From: an uncultured Acidobacteriota bacterium
GTDB taxonomy: Bacteria > Acidobacteriota > Thermoanaerobaculia > Multivoradales > UBA5704
Reading direction: 5' to 3'
Length of the DNA stretch: 64,000 bases
Assembly (NCBI GenBank): GCA_963770895.1
Contig: CAVYRF010000001.1
Span: 352,001 to 416,000 of the forward strand
Numbering within the stretch: the first letter of the stretch is position 1; every line of letters starts with the position of its first letter. The translations under genes and the position numbers were made by a program. Positions 50,307-60,262 of this stretch are shown here, piece by piece. The notes beneath the pieces are model-generated. The model was given only the letters and a program-made list of their open reading frames with translations. It searched no databases and had not been told where the DNA came from.

Positions 50307-52469
50307 TCAGGGACAGGTGGCGAACGCGGCGGTGTCCTGCAACGGCTGGAACGCGGTGTTGGCCGGGTTGGTGTAGACCCTGGAGACGTGGCTCTGCAGG
50401 TCGGTGACGGTGATGACGACGTTGACGTTGGTCAGGCCGCCGGCAAAGATCCAGTAGCTGCTGTTGACGGCGCAGCCGTTGAGCACCTTGATCACCGTTT
50501 CGACGTTGTCGGCGGCAAAGAACCACAGGTAGCCGGTGTCGGTGGTGAGCGGCACGGCGTGGGCGGTGCCGGTCTGACCACCGGGCAGGGTCCAGGCGGC
50601 GGTCACCTGGAAGCGGTTGGCGCCCAGGCAGAGGGTGGTGTCGCCGGCGGCGCAGGGGCCCGCGCCGCCGGCGGCGGCGGTCAGGACGGCGCCCCAGATC
50701 TGTTCGGAGCCGCCGCCGCGGCGGTCGGTCCAGGAGGGGGTGAACCTGCCGTTCCAGCCGCTCATGCCGTTGTAGTCGCCGTACTGGGTCTGGAGCTTGG
50801 CGCCGGCGGTGGTTTCATTGCTGGCGGCGGTGGTGACCCGCTGCGGCGCGCTCCAGGTCAGGCCGCCGTCGAGCGAGGACTGAAAGTACAGATTGGTCGA
50901 CAGGCGGCTGGGGTCGTCGATGGTGTCGTAGTAGGCGATGCCCAGCTGGCCGTCGGATTCGTCGACCGCCAGCCAGGGCGCGAACTGATCGTTGAGAGCA
51001 GCCTGGTCGTTGATCTTGACCGGCGCCGACCAGGTGGCGCCGCCGTCGGTCGAGCGCGCGAACCAGATGCGTCCCTTGCAGGGAGAAGCGGCGTTGCTGC
51101 CGGGCTCGTCGCCCGGCGCGGTGCAGCCGGCTTGACCGGAAAGATCCATCCAGGACAGGTAGACCTCGTTGCGCGTCGCGGTCTGCCAGGCGCCGCCGCT
51201 GGTGTAGATGAGCGCCTTGCGCGTGGAGATGGCGGGCAGGCTGACCTGGAAGGCGCCAAAGGTGTTGGCGATCGCCTGCGGCTGGCTGAACGTGGCGCCG
51301 CCGTCGGTCGATTTGACGACGAAAAGCTGCTGCTTGCCGGTGTGCGGCCAGAAGGCGAAGACGTCGCCGGCGGCGTTGGTCCGCACGTCGCCGCCGACGC
51401 CGCCGCCGGGGCCGTCGGGCGCCGCCAGCACGAGCGGCGCGGCCAGCCAGCCGGCGGCCGGCGTCCGGCGGTTGAACAGGACGGTGTCGCCGTCGTGCCA
51501 GATGACGTACAGGTTGTCCTTGTAAGGCGACGCCGCGCCGTGGTCGGCCCACAGCATGTCCTTGTCGGTGGCGGTGCCGCCGGCGGAGAGGGTGGAGTCG
51601 AACGTCCAGCTGGCGCCGTCGTCGGCCGACCGGTAGGAGCGCAGCTTGAGGACGAACTGCGGCAGCGCGATGCCGATCGTCGTCGTCCAGGCGGTGCCGT
51701 CCGAGGTCCAGTCGACGCCCGGATCGGAATCGTCGGTGTCGCTGTCGACCAGGGTCAGCAGGCTCTGGCCCCAGGTGGCGCCGCCGTCCTGGGAGTAGAA
51801 CATCTGCTCGGGGCCGACGCCGGTATTGGCGGCACCGACGACGTGATCGGGGCGGCGGCTGTCGATGCGGACCATCGATTCGTAGCGGGGCCCAGTCTGG
51901 GCGCCGGACGTCAGCTCCTCGTCGCTTTCGGTGCCGGCGGGGGCGGCGACGGCGGGGCTGACAGCGGCGGGCTTGGCGGCGGGCGCTGTCGCCGCGCGCG
52001 CGTGCGGCGCGACGATCGCCGGGCGCAGGTCGGGATGCGCTGCCATCCATTCGTGCGCCTCCTGCAGCACCAGCGGATAGCCGCCGGTCGGATCGCCGGC
52101 CGCATAGCGGTCCCGCGGGTGGCGCCGGCGCCACGCCACGCGCAGCCAGGGCGGCAGGCCCAGGCGGTCGCCGGCTTCGTCGGCGCGCAGCAGGCTGAAG
52201 TCCTGGCTGTCGCGGATGAGCCGATCGAGCGCGCTGCCGGCGGGCACCCGGTCCGCCGCCAGCTGCTGGTCGAGCATCGGCCACGCCGGGCGGTCGGGCG
52301 CTGCAGCAGCGGCGCTGCCGGCGCCGGCGGCGCCGGCGGCGCCAGCGCCGATCGTTGCGGCCGCCAGCGCGCCGCAGCACAGGGCAGCGGCGGCAGCGGT
52401 CGCAGCGGTGGCGACGGCGGCGGCATGCCATCCGCGGGAGTCGATGCCCATCGTGCGCGCGCCCTGCAC
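50307..52469 (-). CDS. Secreted BNR/Asp-box beta-propeller (sialidase-like) protein with conserved C-terminal domain
   Basis: Five Asp-boxes (SQDGGATW, SADDGASW, STDGGATF, STDGGATW, SLDGGLTW) and a C-terminal TLCL..RF...WFF..DN.E..KVLNGC...GLTNV...DTAAF domain. Confidence 0.8.
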   Translation of the reverse strand: MQGARTMGIDSRGWHAAAVATAATAAAAALCCGALAAATIGAGAAGAAGAGSAAAAAPDRPAWPMLDQQLAADRVPAGSALDRLIRDSQDFSLLRADEAGDRLGLPPWLRVAWRRRHPRDRYAAGDPTGGYPLVLQEAHEWMAAHPDLRPAIVAPHARAATAPAAKPAAVSPAVAAPAGTESDEELTSGAQTGPRYESMVRIDSRRPDHVVGAANTGVGPEQMFYSQDGGATWGQSLLTLVDSDTDDSDPGVDWTSDGTAWTTTIGIALPQFVLKLRSYRSADDGASWTFDSTLSAGGTATDKDMLWADHGAASPYKDNLYVIWHDGDTVLFNRRTPAAGWLAAPLVLAAPDGPGGGVGGDVRTNAAGDVFAFWPHTGKQQLFVVKSTDGGATFSQPQAIANTFGAFQVSLPAISTRKALIYTSGGAWQTATRNEVYLSWMDLSGQAGCTAPGDEPGSNAASPCKGRIWFARSTDGGATWSAPVKINDQAALNDQFAPWLAVDESDGQLGIAYYDTIDDPSRLSTNLYFQSSLDGGLTWSAPQRVTTAASNETTAGAKLQTQYGDYNGMSGWNGRFTPSWTDRRGGGSEQIWGAVLTAAAGGAGPCAAGDTTLCLGANRFQVTAAWTLPGGQTGTAHAVPLTTDTGYLWFFAADNVETVIKVLNGCAVNSSYWIFAGGLTNVNVVITVTDLQSHVSRVYTNPANTAFQPLQDTAAFATCP

Positions 52470-52473
52470 CGGC

Positions 52474-53016
52474 TCACCGCTGGCGGCGGGAGCGGATGAC
52501 GATGGTTTCGGCGATGCGGTCGTGCAGGGTGCGGCGGTTGGCGTGGGTGAAGTACTGCAGGAAACCGAACCCGACTTCGGCGGCCGAGGCGGCGTAGCCC
52601 AGCGCGCGCTCCACGGAGTCCCACAGCGTCAGGCGCCGGTGCTCCAGCGAGACGACGCGGATTCCGAACAGCAGCTTGCCCAGGGTCTTGCCGTTGCCCC
52701 ACCAGCAGGACAGGCCGAAGTAGAGCACGAACCACAGCAGCCCATACCAATCGTGGAAGTCGAGGTTGATGTCGTAGTGCTCGCGCGGCACGACCCACCG
52801 GCGCCAGATCGGGTAGGTCGCCCAAGCGCCCAGGAAGAACAGCAGTCCCGCCGCCGCCACGTCGCAGGCGTAGGCGCCCAGCCGCGCGCCGAAGGATGCC
52901 AGCGGCGTGCCCTCCAGCTCGGTCATCCGGCCGGTGTCGTGCACGTGATAGGTGGACGGGCGCCGGCGGCGGCCCGCGGTGCCGGCGCTGGGCGGCGCTG
53001 GCGTGTCGGCCTCCAT
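52474..53016 (-). CDS. RDD-family membrane protein
   Basis: ASFGARLGAYACD, GKTLGKLLFGIRVV and RRTLHDRIAETIV. Confidence 0.9.
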   Translation of the reverse strand: MEADTPAPPSAGTAGRRRRPSTYHVHDTGRMTELEGTPLASFGARLGAYACDVAAAGLLFFLGAWATYPIWRRWVVPREHYDINLDFHDWYGLLWFVLYFGLSCWWGNGKTLGKLLFGIRVVSLEHRRLTLWDSVERALGYAASAAEVGFGFLQYFTHANRRTLHDRIAETIVIRSRRQR

Positions 53017-53771
53017 CAGCTCCTCCCGGCGTGGGCGGCGATCGCCTGGACGTAGGACCGCGTGACGCCGGGCAGCCCGCTCATCAGCGCTTCCGAGAGC
53101 AGGGCGTGGCCGATCGACACCTCGTCGGGCTGCAGGTGCTGGACGAAGGTGCCCAGGTTGACCAGGTTGAGATCGTGTCCGGCATTGACGCGCAGGCCCA
53201 CGGCGCGCGCCGCGGCGGCAGCCCCCTGGTAGCGCTCCAGGGTGGCCGCCTGCGCCGGCGTGCCGTAGGCCTCCGCGTAGTCGAAGGTGTGCAGCTCGAT
53301 GGCGTGGGCGGCGACCTCCGCGGCGAGCTCCATGGGAGCGGGCTCCGGATCGACGAACAGGCTGATGCGGATGCCGCCGCCGACCGCGGCGATGGCGTCG
53401 CGCAGCCGCGGCACGTCCTGGCGGGCATGCCAGCCGTGGGTGGTGGTGATCTCGCCGGGCAGCACCGGCACGATGGTGAACTGCGTCGGGCGCACCTCCC
53501 CGACAAGCTGCAGCAGGTCGGGGCGCAGATCGCCTTCGATATTGAGCTCGATCGTGCCGCCGGCGACCTCCTCCAGGGCGGCCAGGCGGCGCACGTCGTC
53601 AAACGTGGCATGGCGCGCGTCGGCGCGCGGATGCAGGGTCAGACCCTGGCAGCCGGCGGCGATCACCGTGCGGGCGGCCGCGACGATGTCGGGAACCGCG
53701 GCGCCGCGGGAGTTGCGCACCAGCGCCACCTTGTTGAGGTTGACGCTGAGCTTGGTCGTTACCGCCATCAT
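53016..53771 (-). CDS. pdxJ: Pyridoxine 5'-phosphate synthase
   Basis: LSVNLNKVALVRNSRG, HPRAD.RH, NIEG, VNAGHDLN and EVSIGHAL. Confidence 0.95.
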   Translation of the reverse strand: MMAVTTKLSVNLNKVALVRNSRGAAVPDIVAAARTVIAAGCQGLTLHPRADARHATFDDVRRLAALEEVAGGTIELNIEGDLRPDLLQLVGEVRPTQFTIVPVLPGEITTTHGWHARQDVPRLRDAIAAVGGGIRISLFVDPEPAPMELAAEVAAHAIELHTFDYAEAYGTPAQAATLERYQGAAAAARAVGLRVNAGHDLNLVNLGTFVQHLQPDEVSIGHALLSEALMSGLPGVTRSYVQAIAAHAGRS

Positions 53772-54003
53772 CGGTCTCCGTCGGTCTCCGGGTTGCAAAG
53801 TCCTGCCGCCGTAGCGTATCAGCGCGCTCCCGCCGCCGGCCATCGCGGCGGGGGCCGGCCGTTGTCACATTGCTGGCAAGAGACTGTGCGATACTGCGCG
53901 AATCAGACAATTTGGCTGATGGATTGGCGGCAGGCGCTGTCTTGAGCCTCGGCTCGCGGTGCCTGGTTGAGGGCGGGTTGCCGCCTTCGGGGGGGACGCC
54001 GGC

Positions 54004-55644
54004 TTGCAGCGGGCTCTGGGAGTCTTCGTCGTGCGCCATTACCGGCTGTGTGCCTGGCTGGTTCTGGCCCTCATGGCGTGCAACGTGTTCGTGGGCCTGG
54101 CCACCACGCGCATCGACGATTCCGACGAGGCCCGCTACGGTGTCTCGGCGTTCGAGATGCTGCACAGCCGGTCGTTCCTGGTCACCACCTACGCCGGCCA
54201 GCCGGAGTACTGGAACCTCAAGCCGCCGCTCGGCTACTGGCTGATGGCCGGATCGTACTGGCTGGTCGGCCGCTCGGCCCTGGCGATGCGCCTGCCGTCG
54301 GCGCTGTTCGCCCTGGCGGCGGTGGCGCTGGCGATGGCTTTTTGCAAGCGCTGGTGCAACCGGCGTCAGGCCATCCTTGCCGGCCTGGTCCTGGCGACCG
54401 CCTTCGGCTTCCTGAGCCACCATGGCGCGCGCAGCGGCGATCTCGACGCGTGCCTGACGTTCACCTTCCTGCTGCTGGTGCTGCAGCTGCCGCGTCTGGG
54501 CGAGTCGCCGCGGCGCATCCTGGCGCTCGGCCCGATCCTTGGCTGTGCCTTCCTGCTCAAGAGCTTCGCCATCTTGCCGATGATCGCCGTCGTCGCCGTC
54601 CATTGCCTGGCCACGGGCACCTGGCGCAAGCTGCGAATCGGCCCCAGCCTGGCATCGCTCGGCGTGCTGCTGCTGATCGTGGCGGTCTGGGCGGCGGCGC
54701 GCTCGCACGCCGATCAGTCCTTCACCTTCGTCCAACGCATGGTACGCGAGGATCTCTTCGCGCGCTCGACCTCGGTGATCGACCGCGGGACCTCGTCGCC
54801 GTCTGCCTACGCGATGGCGCTGGCCGACCGTTTCGCGCCGTGGCCCCTGGCCGTCGCCGCGGCGGCCGCGCTGGCGTGGTGGAACCGGCGCCGGCGCGAT
54901 GCGGCGGTCACGCCTCAGGCGCGCCGGTGGCTGCGCAGCCGGCGCGGGCGTGAGGTGGAGATCCTCCTCTGGCTGTGGATCGCGCTGCCGCTGGCGATGT
55001 TTTCGCTGGCGCGCACGCAGCATCACTGGTATCTCGATCCCATCTACCCGGCCTGCGCGATCGTCACCGCGATGGCGGTGCTGTTCCTGATGCGCAGCAT
55101 CCCGCGGCAGTTCAAGGCCGCGGGACTGGTGGTCCTGGTGGCGCTCCCTCTCGCCCTGTGCGAAGCGCGGGTGCTGCACCGCGTGCTGGTGCGCGATCGC
55201 ATGCCGCCGTCGCAGCGGTTTCTCTACGCGCTCGAACGCGCCGCGGGCTCGCGCTGCCGCGAGCTGCGGACGACCTTCCCGTTGCGGCATTCGGAGCGCT
55301 TCATCCTGGAGGTGGTCGACGGCTTTCGCGTGGTGGAAGGTGCCAGCGGCGGCGACGCCATGCCCGCTGGCGGGGCCGGGCTGGCGGCCGCCGGCGGCAT
55401 GGCTGGCGGGCAGGTCGCGCGCCGGGAAACGCTGGCCCCGGGCGTCTGCGTCCTGGTCGCGCGGCATCCGCCCCGCCGCGGCGGCGGCAGGCACCATCGC
55501 CGCGGCCCCGGCCCACCTGCCGTGCCGGGGTGGGCGCTGCAAAAACAGAGCGACGCGTACGCCCTGTTCGCCGGCGGCCTGGGCGCGATCCCCTTCCCTC
55601 CGCCGGCCGGTGCCGCCGGCCCGCCGGCCGACAGCCTGCGCTAG
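54004..55644 (+). CDS. ArnT/PMT_2 (GT-C) glycosyltransferase
   Basis: DSDEARYG, NLKPPLGYWL, RLPSAL, RSGDLD and WYLDPIYP, with multiple TMs. Start approximate. Confidence 0.8.
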   Translation: MQRALGVFVVRHYRLCAWLVLALMACNVFVGLATTRIDDSDEARYGVSAFEMLHSRSFLVTTYAGQPEYWNLKPPLGYWLMAGSYWLVGRSALAMRLPSALFALAAVALAMAFCKRWCNRRQAILAGLVLATAFGFLSHHGARSGDLDACLTFTFLLLVLQLPRLGESPRRILALGPILGCAFLLKSFAILPMIAVVAVHCLATGTWRKLRIGPSLASLGVLLLIVAVWAAARSHADQSFTFVQRMVREDLFARSTSVIDRGTSSPSAYAMALADRFAPWPLAVAAAAALAWWNRRRRDAAVTPQARRWLRSRRGREVEILLWLWIALPLAMFSLARTQHHWYLDPIYPACAIVTAMAVLFLMRSIPRQFKAAGLVVLVALPLALCEARVLHRVLVRDRMPPSQRFLYALERAAGSRCRELRTTFPLRHSERFILEVVDGFRVVEGASGGDAMPAGGAGLAAAGGMAGGQVARRETLAPGVCVLVARHPPRRGGGRHHRRGPGPPAVPGWALQKQSDAYALFAGGLGAIPFPPPAGAAGPPADSLR

Positions 55645-55873
55645 CGTGCGGGGCACTCACGGCCACTCGCGGCCGGGGTCATTCCGGCCCCCGGCTTGGC
55701 AAGACGCCCCCTGCCCGCCCCCGGCCCGATCGCGCGGCGCGCCGCAGGCGTGACCGCGGTCGGGGCAACCCACGGCCGCCGACCCTTGCCTGGATGCCGG
55801 CGCCACCTGCCCCTATCCCAGAGGGGTTGTTCAGCGGCTGATAGAATGAGAAGCAAAGGGAGGATCATCCGGG

Positions 55874-58555
55874 ATGATACGAGATTCCTGTCGCCGCGGC
55901 CGCCGGCGGGAGCTGGTGGCCGCCGGGGCGTTGGCTGGTCTGTTGCTCGGCGCAGGGCTGCTGTTTGCGCCCGGCGTTTTCACGGTGGCTGGCGTTGCGG
56001 CGGCCGCGGCGCCGTCCAAGGCGGCGGCACCGCCGCAGCCGCCGGTCGGGAGGGTGGAGAAGCTGGCGACGGACCCCACCTACGAGGCGCTGCGCGCGGC
56101 GCGGCCGGACGGGCGGACGGTGGCGGTGCACGGCTTCGCCTTCGAGCGCGACGCCTTCCACATCGAGTTTCAATCGGGCACCGTGCACTTCCTGGCGCCG
56201 GTTGCCGGGCGGACGATCGGCGCCGTGTTCCTCGGCCAGGGGACGCTGCGCCTGAAGCCGGCGTCGGCGGCCGAACGGCGGCAGCTGCAGCTGAACCTGG
56301 GGGCGGGCGCGGACTTCGAGGTGCTCAACGACAGCTTCGACCAGATGGTGCTGCTGTTCGGCGACGACACCGATGCCGAGATCAGCCAGGCGGGGCCGAT
56401 CGAGCAGCACGCTCCCGACGCCCAGGCCAGGCAGGTGTACGAGCGGTGGCTGGAACGCCAGCGGCGCGATTTTCATCGCAATTTGCAGGTGCGGCTGCTG
56501 CGCCACCTGCTCAACCATCCCGGCCTGACCAGCGGCGTCTTCCTGGCCCTGGTGCAGGGCAAGACCCTGCCGCCGGCGCTGCTGGCCGTCGATCCCGACG
56601 GCGCCGGCCAGCTCCTGGGCGTTGGCCGGTTTGGCCGCGAGCACACGCTGCTCGACGTGGTGGACCCGCATTCCACGGGCATCTGGTATCTGTCCGACAG
56701 CGCCGCCGAGATCGCGTCGGGCCGCCGTCCACCGGTGGCGGCCGCCGCCAGGGCGCTGCACTATTGGGTGGCGACGACGGTCGGCCGCTCGACCGACCTG
56801 GCCGGCCTGACCACGATCGAGCTGCGGGTGCTGGCGCCCGGCCTGCGGGTGCTCCCCATCGACTTGATGCCCAAGCTGCGCATCGCCTCCGCCAGCTATG
56901 GCGAGCTGCCGGCGGCGGCTGCCGCGGCGCCCGGCGCCGATACGGCCGACCATCCGGCGGAGCCGGCCGAGCCGGTGGTGATCAAGAACGTGGCGGTGGT
57001 GCAGGAGGACGCCAACGGGGACGGCGGCGACGCCGCGGTGATCTTCCCCGAACCGCTGGCCAAGGGCGCGCTCGTCCAGCTCCGCATCGCCTACCAGGGA
57101 GACGGCGTGCTGCGGGACGCCGGCGAAAAGAACTACTACGTCACGTCGCGCGAGCGCTGGTACCCCAACATCGGCACGTTCGAAGACCCCGCGCTCTACG
57201 ACCTGGTCTACCGCGTGCCCGCCGGCAACCAGGTGGTGTCGGTGGGCCACAAGGTCAGCGATCAGACCGCCGGCGACCAGGACGTGTCGGCATGGACGAC
57301 CGGGCCGGTGCGTGTCGCCGGCTTCAACTACGGCAAGTTCAAAAGCGTCGAGCGCCGCGACGAGACGAGCGGCATCGACGTCCAGGTCTTCACCAATCCC
57401 GGCACCCCCGACGCCCTGCGGGAGCTCAATAGAATGATGGCCAGCTCCGGCAACCGCGAGCTGGCCCGCATGGGCAACGACGATCCCGGCATCTACAACG
57501 CGGCGCCGCAGGCGACCCTGGGCAACATCAGCACCGGCCGCCTGGCGGAGTCGGCCCTGGCCGACGGCATCAATTCGGCGCGCGTCTACTACGCCTACTT
57601 CGGGCCGCCGGCGGTCAAGCAGGTGGCCATCACCCAGCAGTCAGAAGCTAGTTCCGGGCAATCGTGGCCGTCGCTGATCTTCATGCCCTACCTGTCCTTC
57701 CTGGACGGCACCCAGCGCCAGCGCATCGGCCTGGGCAACCGCGGCATGGTGGATTTCGTCGATCGCGTGGGGTATCACGAGTTCGCCCACCAGTGGTGGG
57801 GGCACCTGGTGGCCGCCGCCAGCTACCGCGACGTCTGGCTGGAGGAGGGCTTCGCCGAGTTCTCGTCGGCGCTCGCCATCCAGCATGCCGAGGGCTGGCC
57901 CGCCTACGATCACGCCTGGAGCGAGGCGCGCAAACAGATCTTCGCCACGCGGCCGCACAACGCCGTCGCCCCCATCGACGCCGGACCGATCACCCAGGGC
58001 TTCCGGCTGATCACCGAGCGCACCCCCAGCGCCTACCAGCCGCTGGTCTACGAAAAGGGCGCCTACGTGCTGCACATGCTGCGCATGCTGCAGTGGGACA
58101 GCGCCTCGCCCGCACCCGACCATCGCTTCATCGAAATGATGCACGACTACGCCTCGTCGTTCGCCAACCAGCAGGCGACCACCGCCGATTTCCAGAAGGT
58201 CGTCGAGCGCCACATGGCGCCCACCATGAACGCCACCGGCAACGGCAAGATGGACTGGTTCTTCAAGCAGTGGGTCTACGGCACCGCGGTGCCCCGCCTG
58301 ACCGCCGACCTGCACCTGCAGCCCGCCGGCGACCAGGTCCACATCACCGGCAAGGTCACGCAAGCCGAAGTCCCCGCCGACTTCCGCTCCCTGGTGCCCC
58401 TCTACCTCAACCTGGACAAGGGCGAAGTAGTGCGCGTCGGCCTGCTGCCGATGGTCGGCAGCGTCACGGTGCCGGTCGACGTCACCGTCAAATCCCCCAA
58501 GCCCGCCCGCGGCGTCAGCATCAACGCCCACAGCGAGGTGCTCGCCCGCGAGTGA
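55874..58555 (+). CDS. Secreted M1-like (gluzincin) metallopeptidase
   Basis: HEFAHQWWG...WLEEGFAE, YEKGAYVLHML and WFFKQWVYG, with a signal peptide. Confidence 0.88.
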   Translation: MIRDSCRRGRRRELVAAGALAGLLLGAGLLFAPGVFTVAGVAAAAAPSKAAAPPQPPVGRVEKLATDPTYEALRAARPDGRTVAVHGFAFERDAFHIEFQSGTVHFLAPVAGRTIGAVFLGQGTLRLKPASAAERRQLQLNLGAGADFEVLNDSFDQMVLLFGDDTDAEISQAGPIEQHAPDAQARQVYERWLERQRRDFHRNLQVRLLRHLLNHPGLTSGVFLALVQGKTLPPALLAVDPDGAGQLLGVGRFGREHTLLDVVDPHSTGIWYLSDSAAEIASGRRPPVAAAARALHYWVATTVGRSTDLAGLTTIELRVLAPGLRVLPIDLMPKLRIASASYGELPAAAAAAPGADTADHPAEPAEPVVIKNVAVVQEDANGDGGDAAVIFPEPLAKGALVQLRIAYQGDGVLRDAGEKNYYVTSRERWYPNIGTFEDPALYDLVYRVPAGNQVVSVGHKVSDQTAGDQDVSAWTTGPVRVAGFNYGKFKSVERRDETSGIDVQVFTNPGTPDALRELNRMMASSGNRELARMGNDDPGIYNAAPQATLGNISTGRLAESALADGINSARVYYAYFGPPAVKQVAITQQSEASSGQSWPSLIFMPYLSFLDGTQRQRIGLGNRGMVDFVDRVGYHEFAHQWWGHLVAAASYRDVWLEEGFAEFSSALAIQHAEGWPAYDHAWSEARKQIFATRPHNAVAPIDAGPITQGFRLITERTPSAYQPLVYEKGAYVLHMLRMLQWDSASPAPDHRFIEMMHDYASSFANQQATTADFQKVVERHMAPTMNATGNGKMDWFFKQWVYGTAVPRLTADLHLQPAGDQVHITGKVTQAEVPADFRSLVPLYLNLDKGEVVRVGLLPMVGSVTVPVDVTVKSPKPARGVSINAHSEVLARE

Positions 58556-58672
58556 AGCTCATGGGAGCCGCGACTTACGTGCTAAGCTGCGCCAACCAGC
58601 TCTTACAGCAGGTATGCGTCTCGGACACGAGAGTGCAGCGGCCCACCGGTCGCGGAGGAGTTTTGGCGCCAG

Positions 58673-59200
58673 ATGCGCAAATGGCTTGCAACCCTAGCAG
58701 GGGCGATGATCAGCGGGGTGGTAGTTTGGTACTTGACCAACGCCACCAGCATTCAAAATCTGGCGAGGAAGCCCGCTGACCCTGCCGGAGCTGAAAGAGG
58801 CGCGACGGCCATGGTACCCGCGCCTTCCCCAGCTCCCCAGCCCATCGAGCCTCCCCATGAAGTCTCGCCGCCCACGGACCCCGGCAAGGCAATCGCCACA
58901 AGACCGCGCGACAAGGGGGCGAGGGAACGGTTCTCCCGAAGCTTGACGCTGCATGACGGCGAACAGGAGGTTCTCCTCGACGGCCAGGCTTCCATTGGGG
59001 CTGACTTCACCGCCGTCGGCGGACTTAGAGTGGCAACCCTGCATGTGGGTTCCCCGGGAAAGGAAATCTCCAACCATGCGATCCTCAGTGCCGGCGAGCG
59101 CTTTGAGATCCATGCTTCGGGGCGGAACTATTACGTGTATGTCACCAAGCTCGATCTCGCGGCCATGACCATGCAGGTTACCATCGAAGAACAGCTTTGA
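58673..59200 (+). CDS. Hypothetical membrane-anchored protein
   Basis: GGAGGAG RBS, N-terminal TM, Pro-rich linker and beta domain. Confidence 0.7.
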   Translation: MRKWLATLAGAMISGVVVWYLTNATSIQNLARKPADPAGAERGATAMVPAPSPAPQPIEPPHEVSPPTDPGKAIATRPRDKGARERFSRSLTLHDGEQEVLLDGQASIGADFTAVGGLRVATLHVGSPGKEISNHAILSAGERFEIHASGRNYYVYVTKLDLAAMTMQVTIEEQL

Positions 59201-59219
59201 GCCTTATGGGGAAAGGACT

Positions 59220-60194
59220 ATGCGCCACTTTCGCGGAATATTGGTGACACTGATTGTCTTCGCTCTGCTCTCGATGACCGCACGGCGGGCGGCGGCCCAG
59301 AAAGGTCTCTACCAAGGCATCGACAGCTTGGCGGCCGCCATCCTTGAGAAAGTAACGCAGGAACAGAAACATAGAGTCGCCGTCCTTCCCTTCCACGAGA
59401 TGACCGGCCGCACGAGCGTTCTCGACTCTTATCTTTCGGAAGCCCTGCTGACCGAGCTGGTCCGCGCCGGCAAGGTCGAAGTTATCGAGCGCGCCATGCT
59501 CGATCGGTTGCTCGGCGAGATCAAGCTCGGCCAGACAGGGATCATTGACTCGGAGACGGCCAGGCGGGTCGGCAAGGTGGCGGGAGTCGACGCGATCGTA
59601 ACCGGCACAATTACGGAGCTGCGCACTTACCTTGCGGTGAACTGCCGCCTCATCGACACCCAGACGGGCCAGGTGTTTGCCGCGGCGCAAACCTGGATCA
59701 ACAAAGACAGCGACGTGATGGCCTTGCTGAACCAGCGCGACTCCGGCGGAGCGGAGCCGGCGACCGCTGAACGAGAACCGTCGAAAAAGACCGTGCCCAT
59801 TGCGCCGCCTCCGCTGCCACAAGCCGTCATCGAGCGCGATTGCATATTCCAATTAAAGGGCTGCACCCTCTTTGGTTCAACGCTCAAATGCGACATCCTC
59901 ATTACCGACAAGGGAGTCGACAGGACGCTAATCTTTGGCAAAAACGACCGCACAAGGATTATCGACGACAGCGGCCGAGAATATCGCGGCATTTCGTTTT
60001 CGATTGGCTCGCACAGCAACGACTACGCAGCACGAGGAAGTCTCACGACGGATGTTCCGATCAGGGGACAGCTTCAATTCGGCGGCTTGAGCGCGGCAGT
60101 ACGGAAGCTGTCGCTGCTTGAGTTTCACTACACCATGGACTACAACCATGGCATCTATAGCGGAGTAATCAGGTTTACAAACATCGCTCTCTGA
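59220..60194 (+). CDS. Secreted FlgO/CsgG-like (TolB-N fold) protein with C-terminal beta domain
   Basis: VAVLPF...VIERAMLDRLLGEIKL...GKVAGVDAIVTGT...RLIDTQTG. Confidence 0.75.
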   Translation: MRHFRGILVTLIVFALLSMTARRAAAQKGLYQGIDSLAAAILEKVTQEQKHRVAVLPFHEMTGRTSVLDSYLSEALLTELVRAGKVEVIERAMLDRLLGEIKLGQTGIIDSETARRVGKVAGVDAIVTGTITELRTYLAVNCRLIDTQTGQVFAAAQTWINKDSDVMALLNQRDSGGAEPATAEREPSKKTVPIAPPPLPQAVIERDCIFQLKGCTLFGSTLKCDILITDKGVDRTLIFGKNDRTRIIDDSGREYRGISFSIGSHSNDYAARGSLTTDVPIRGQLQFGGLSAAVRKLSLLEFHYTMDYNHGIYSGVIRFTNIAL

Positions 60195-60262
60195 GCGCGG
60201 CTCACCCCTCATGCCAAGCGAAGTAACCGTGCGGGGCGGCGGCGGCTTGTCCTTCGCCATCG

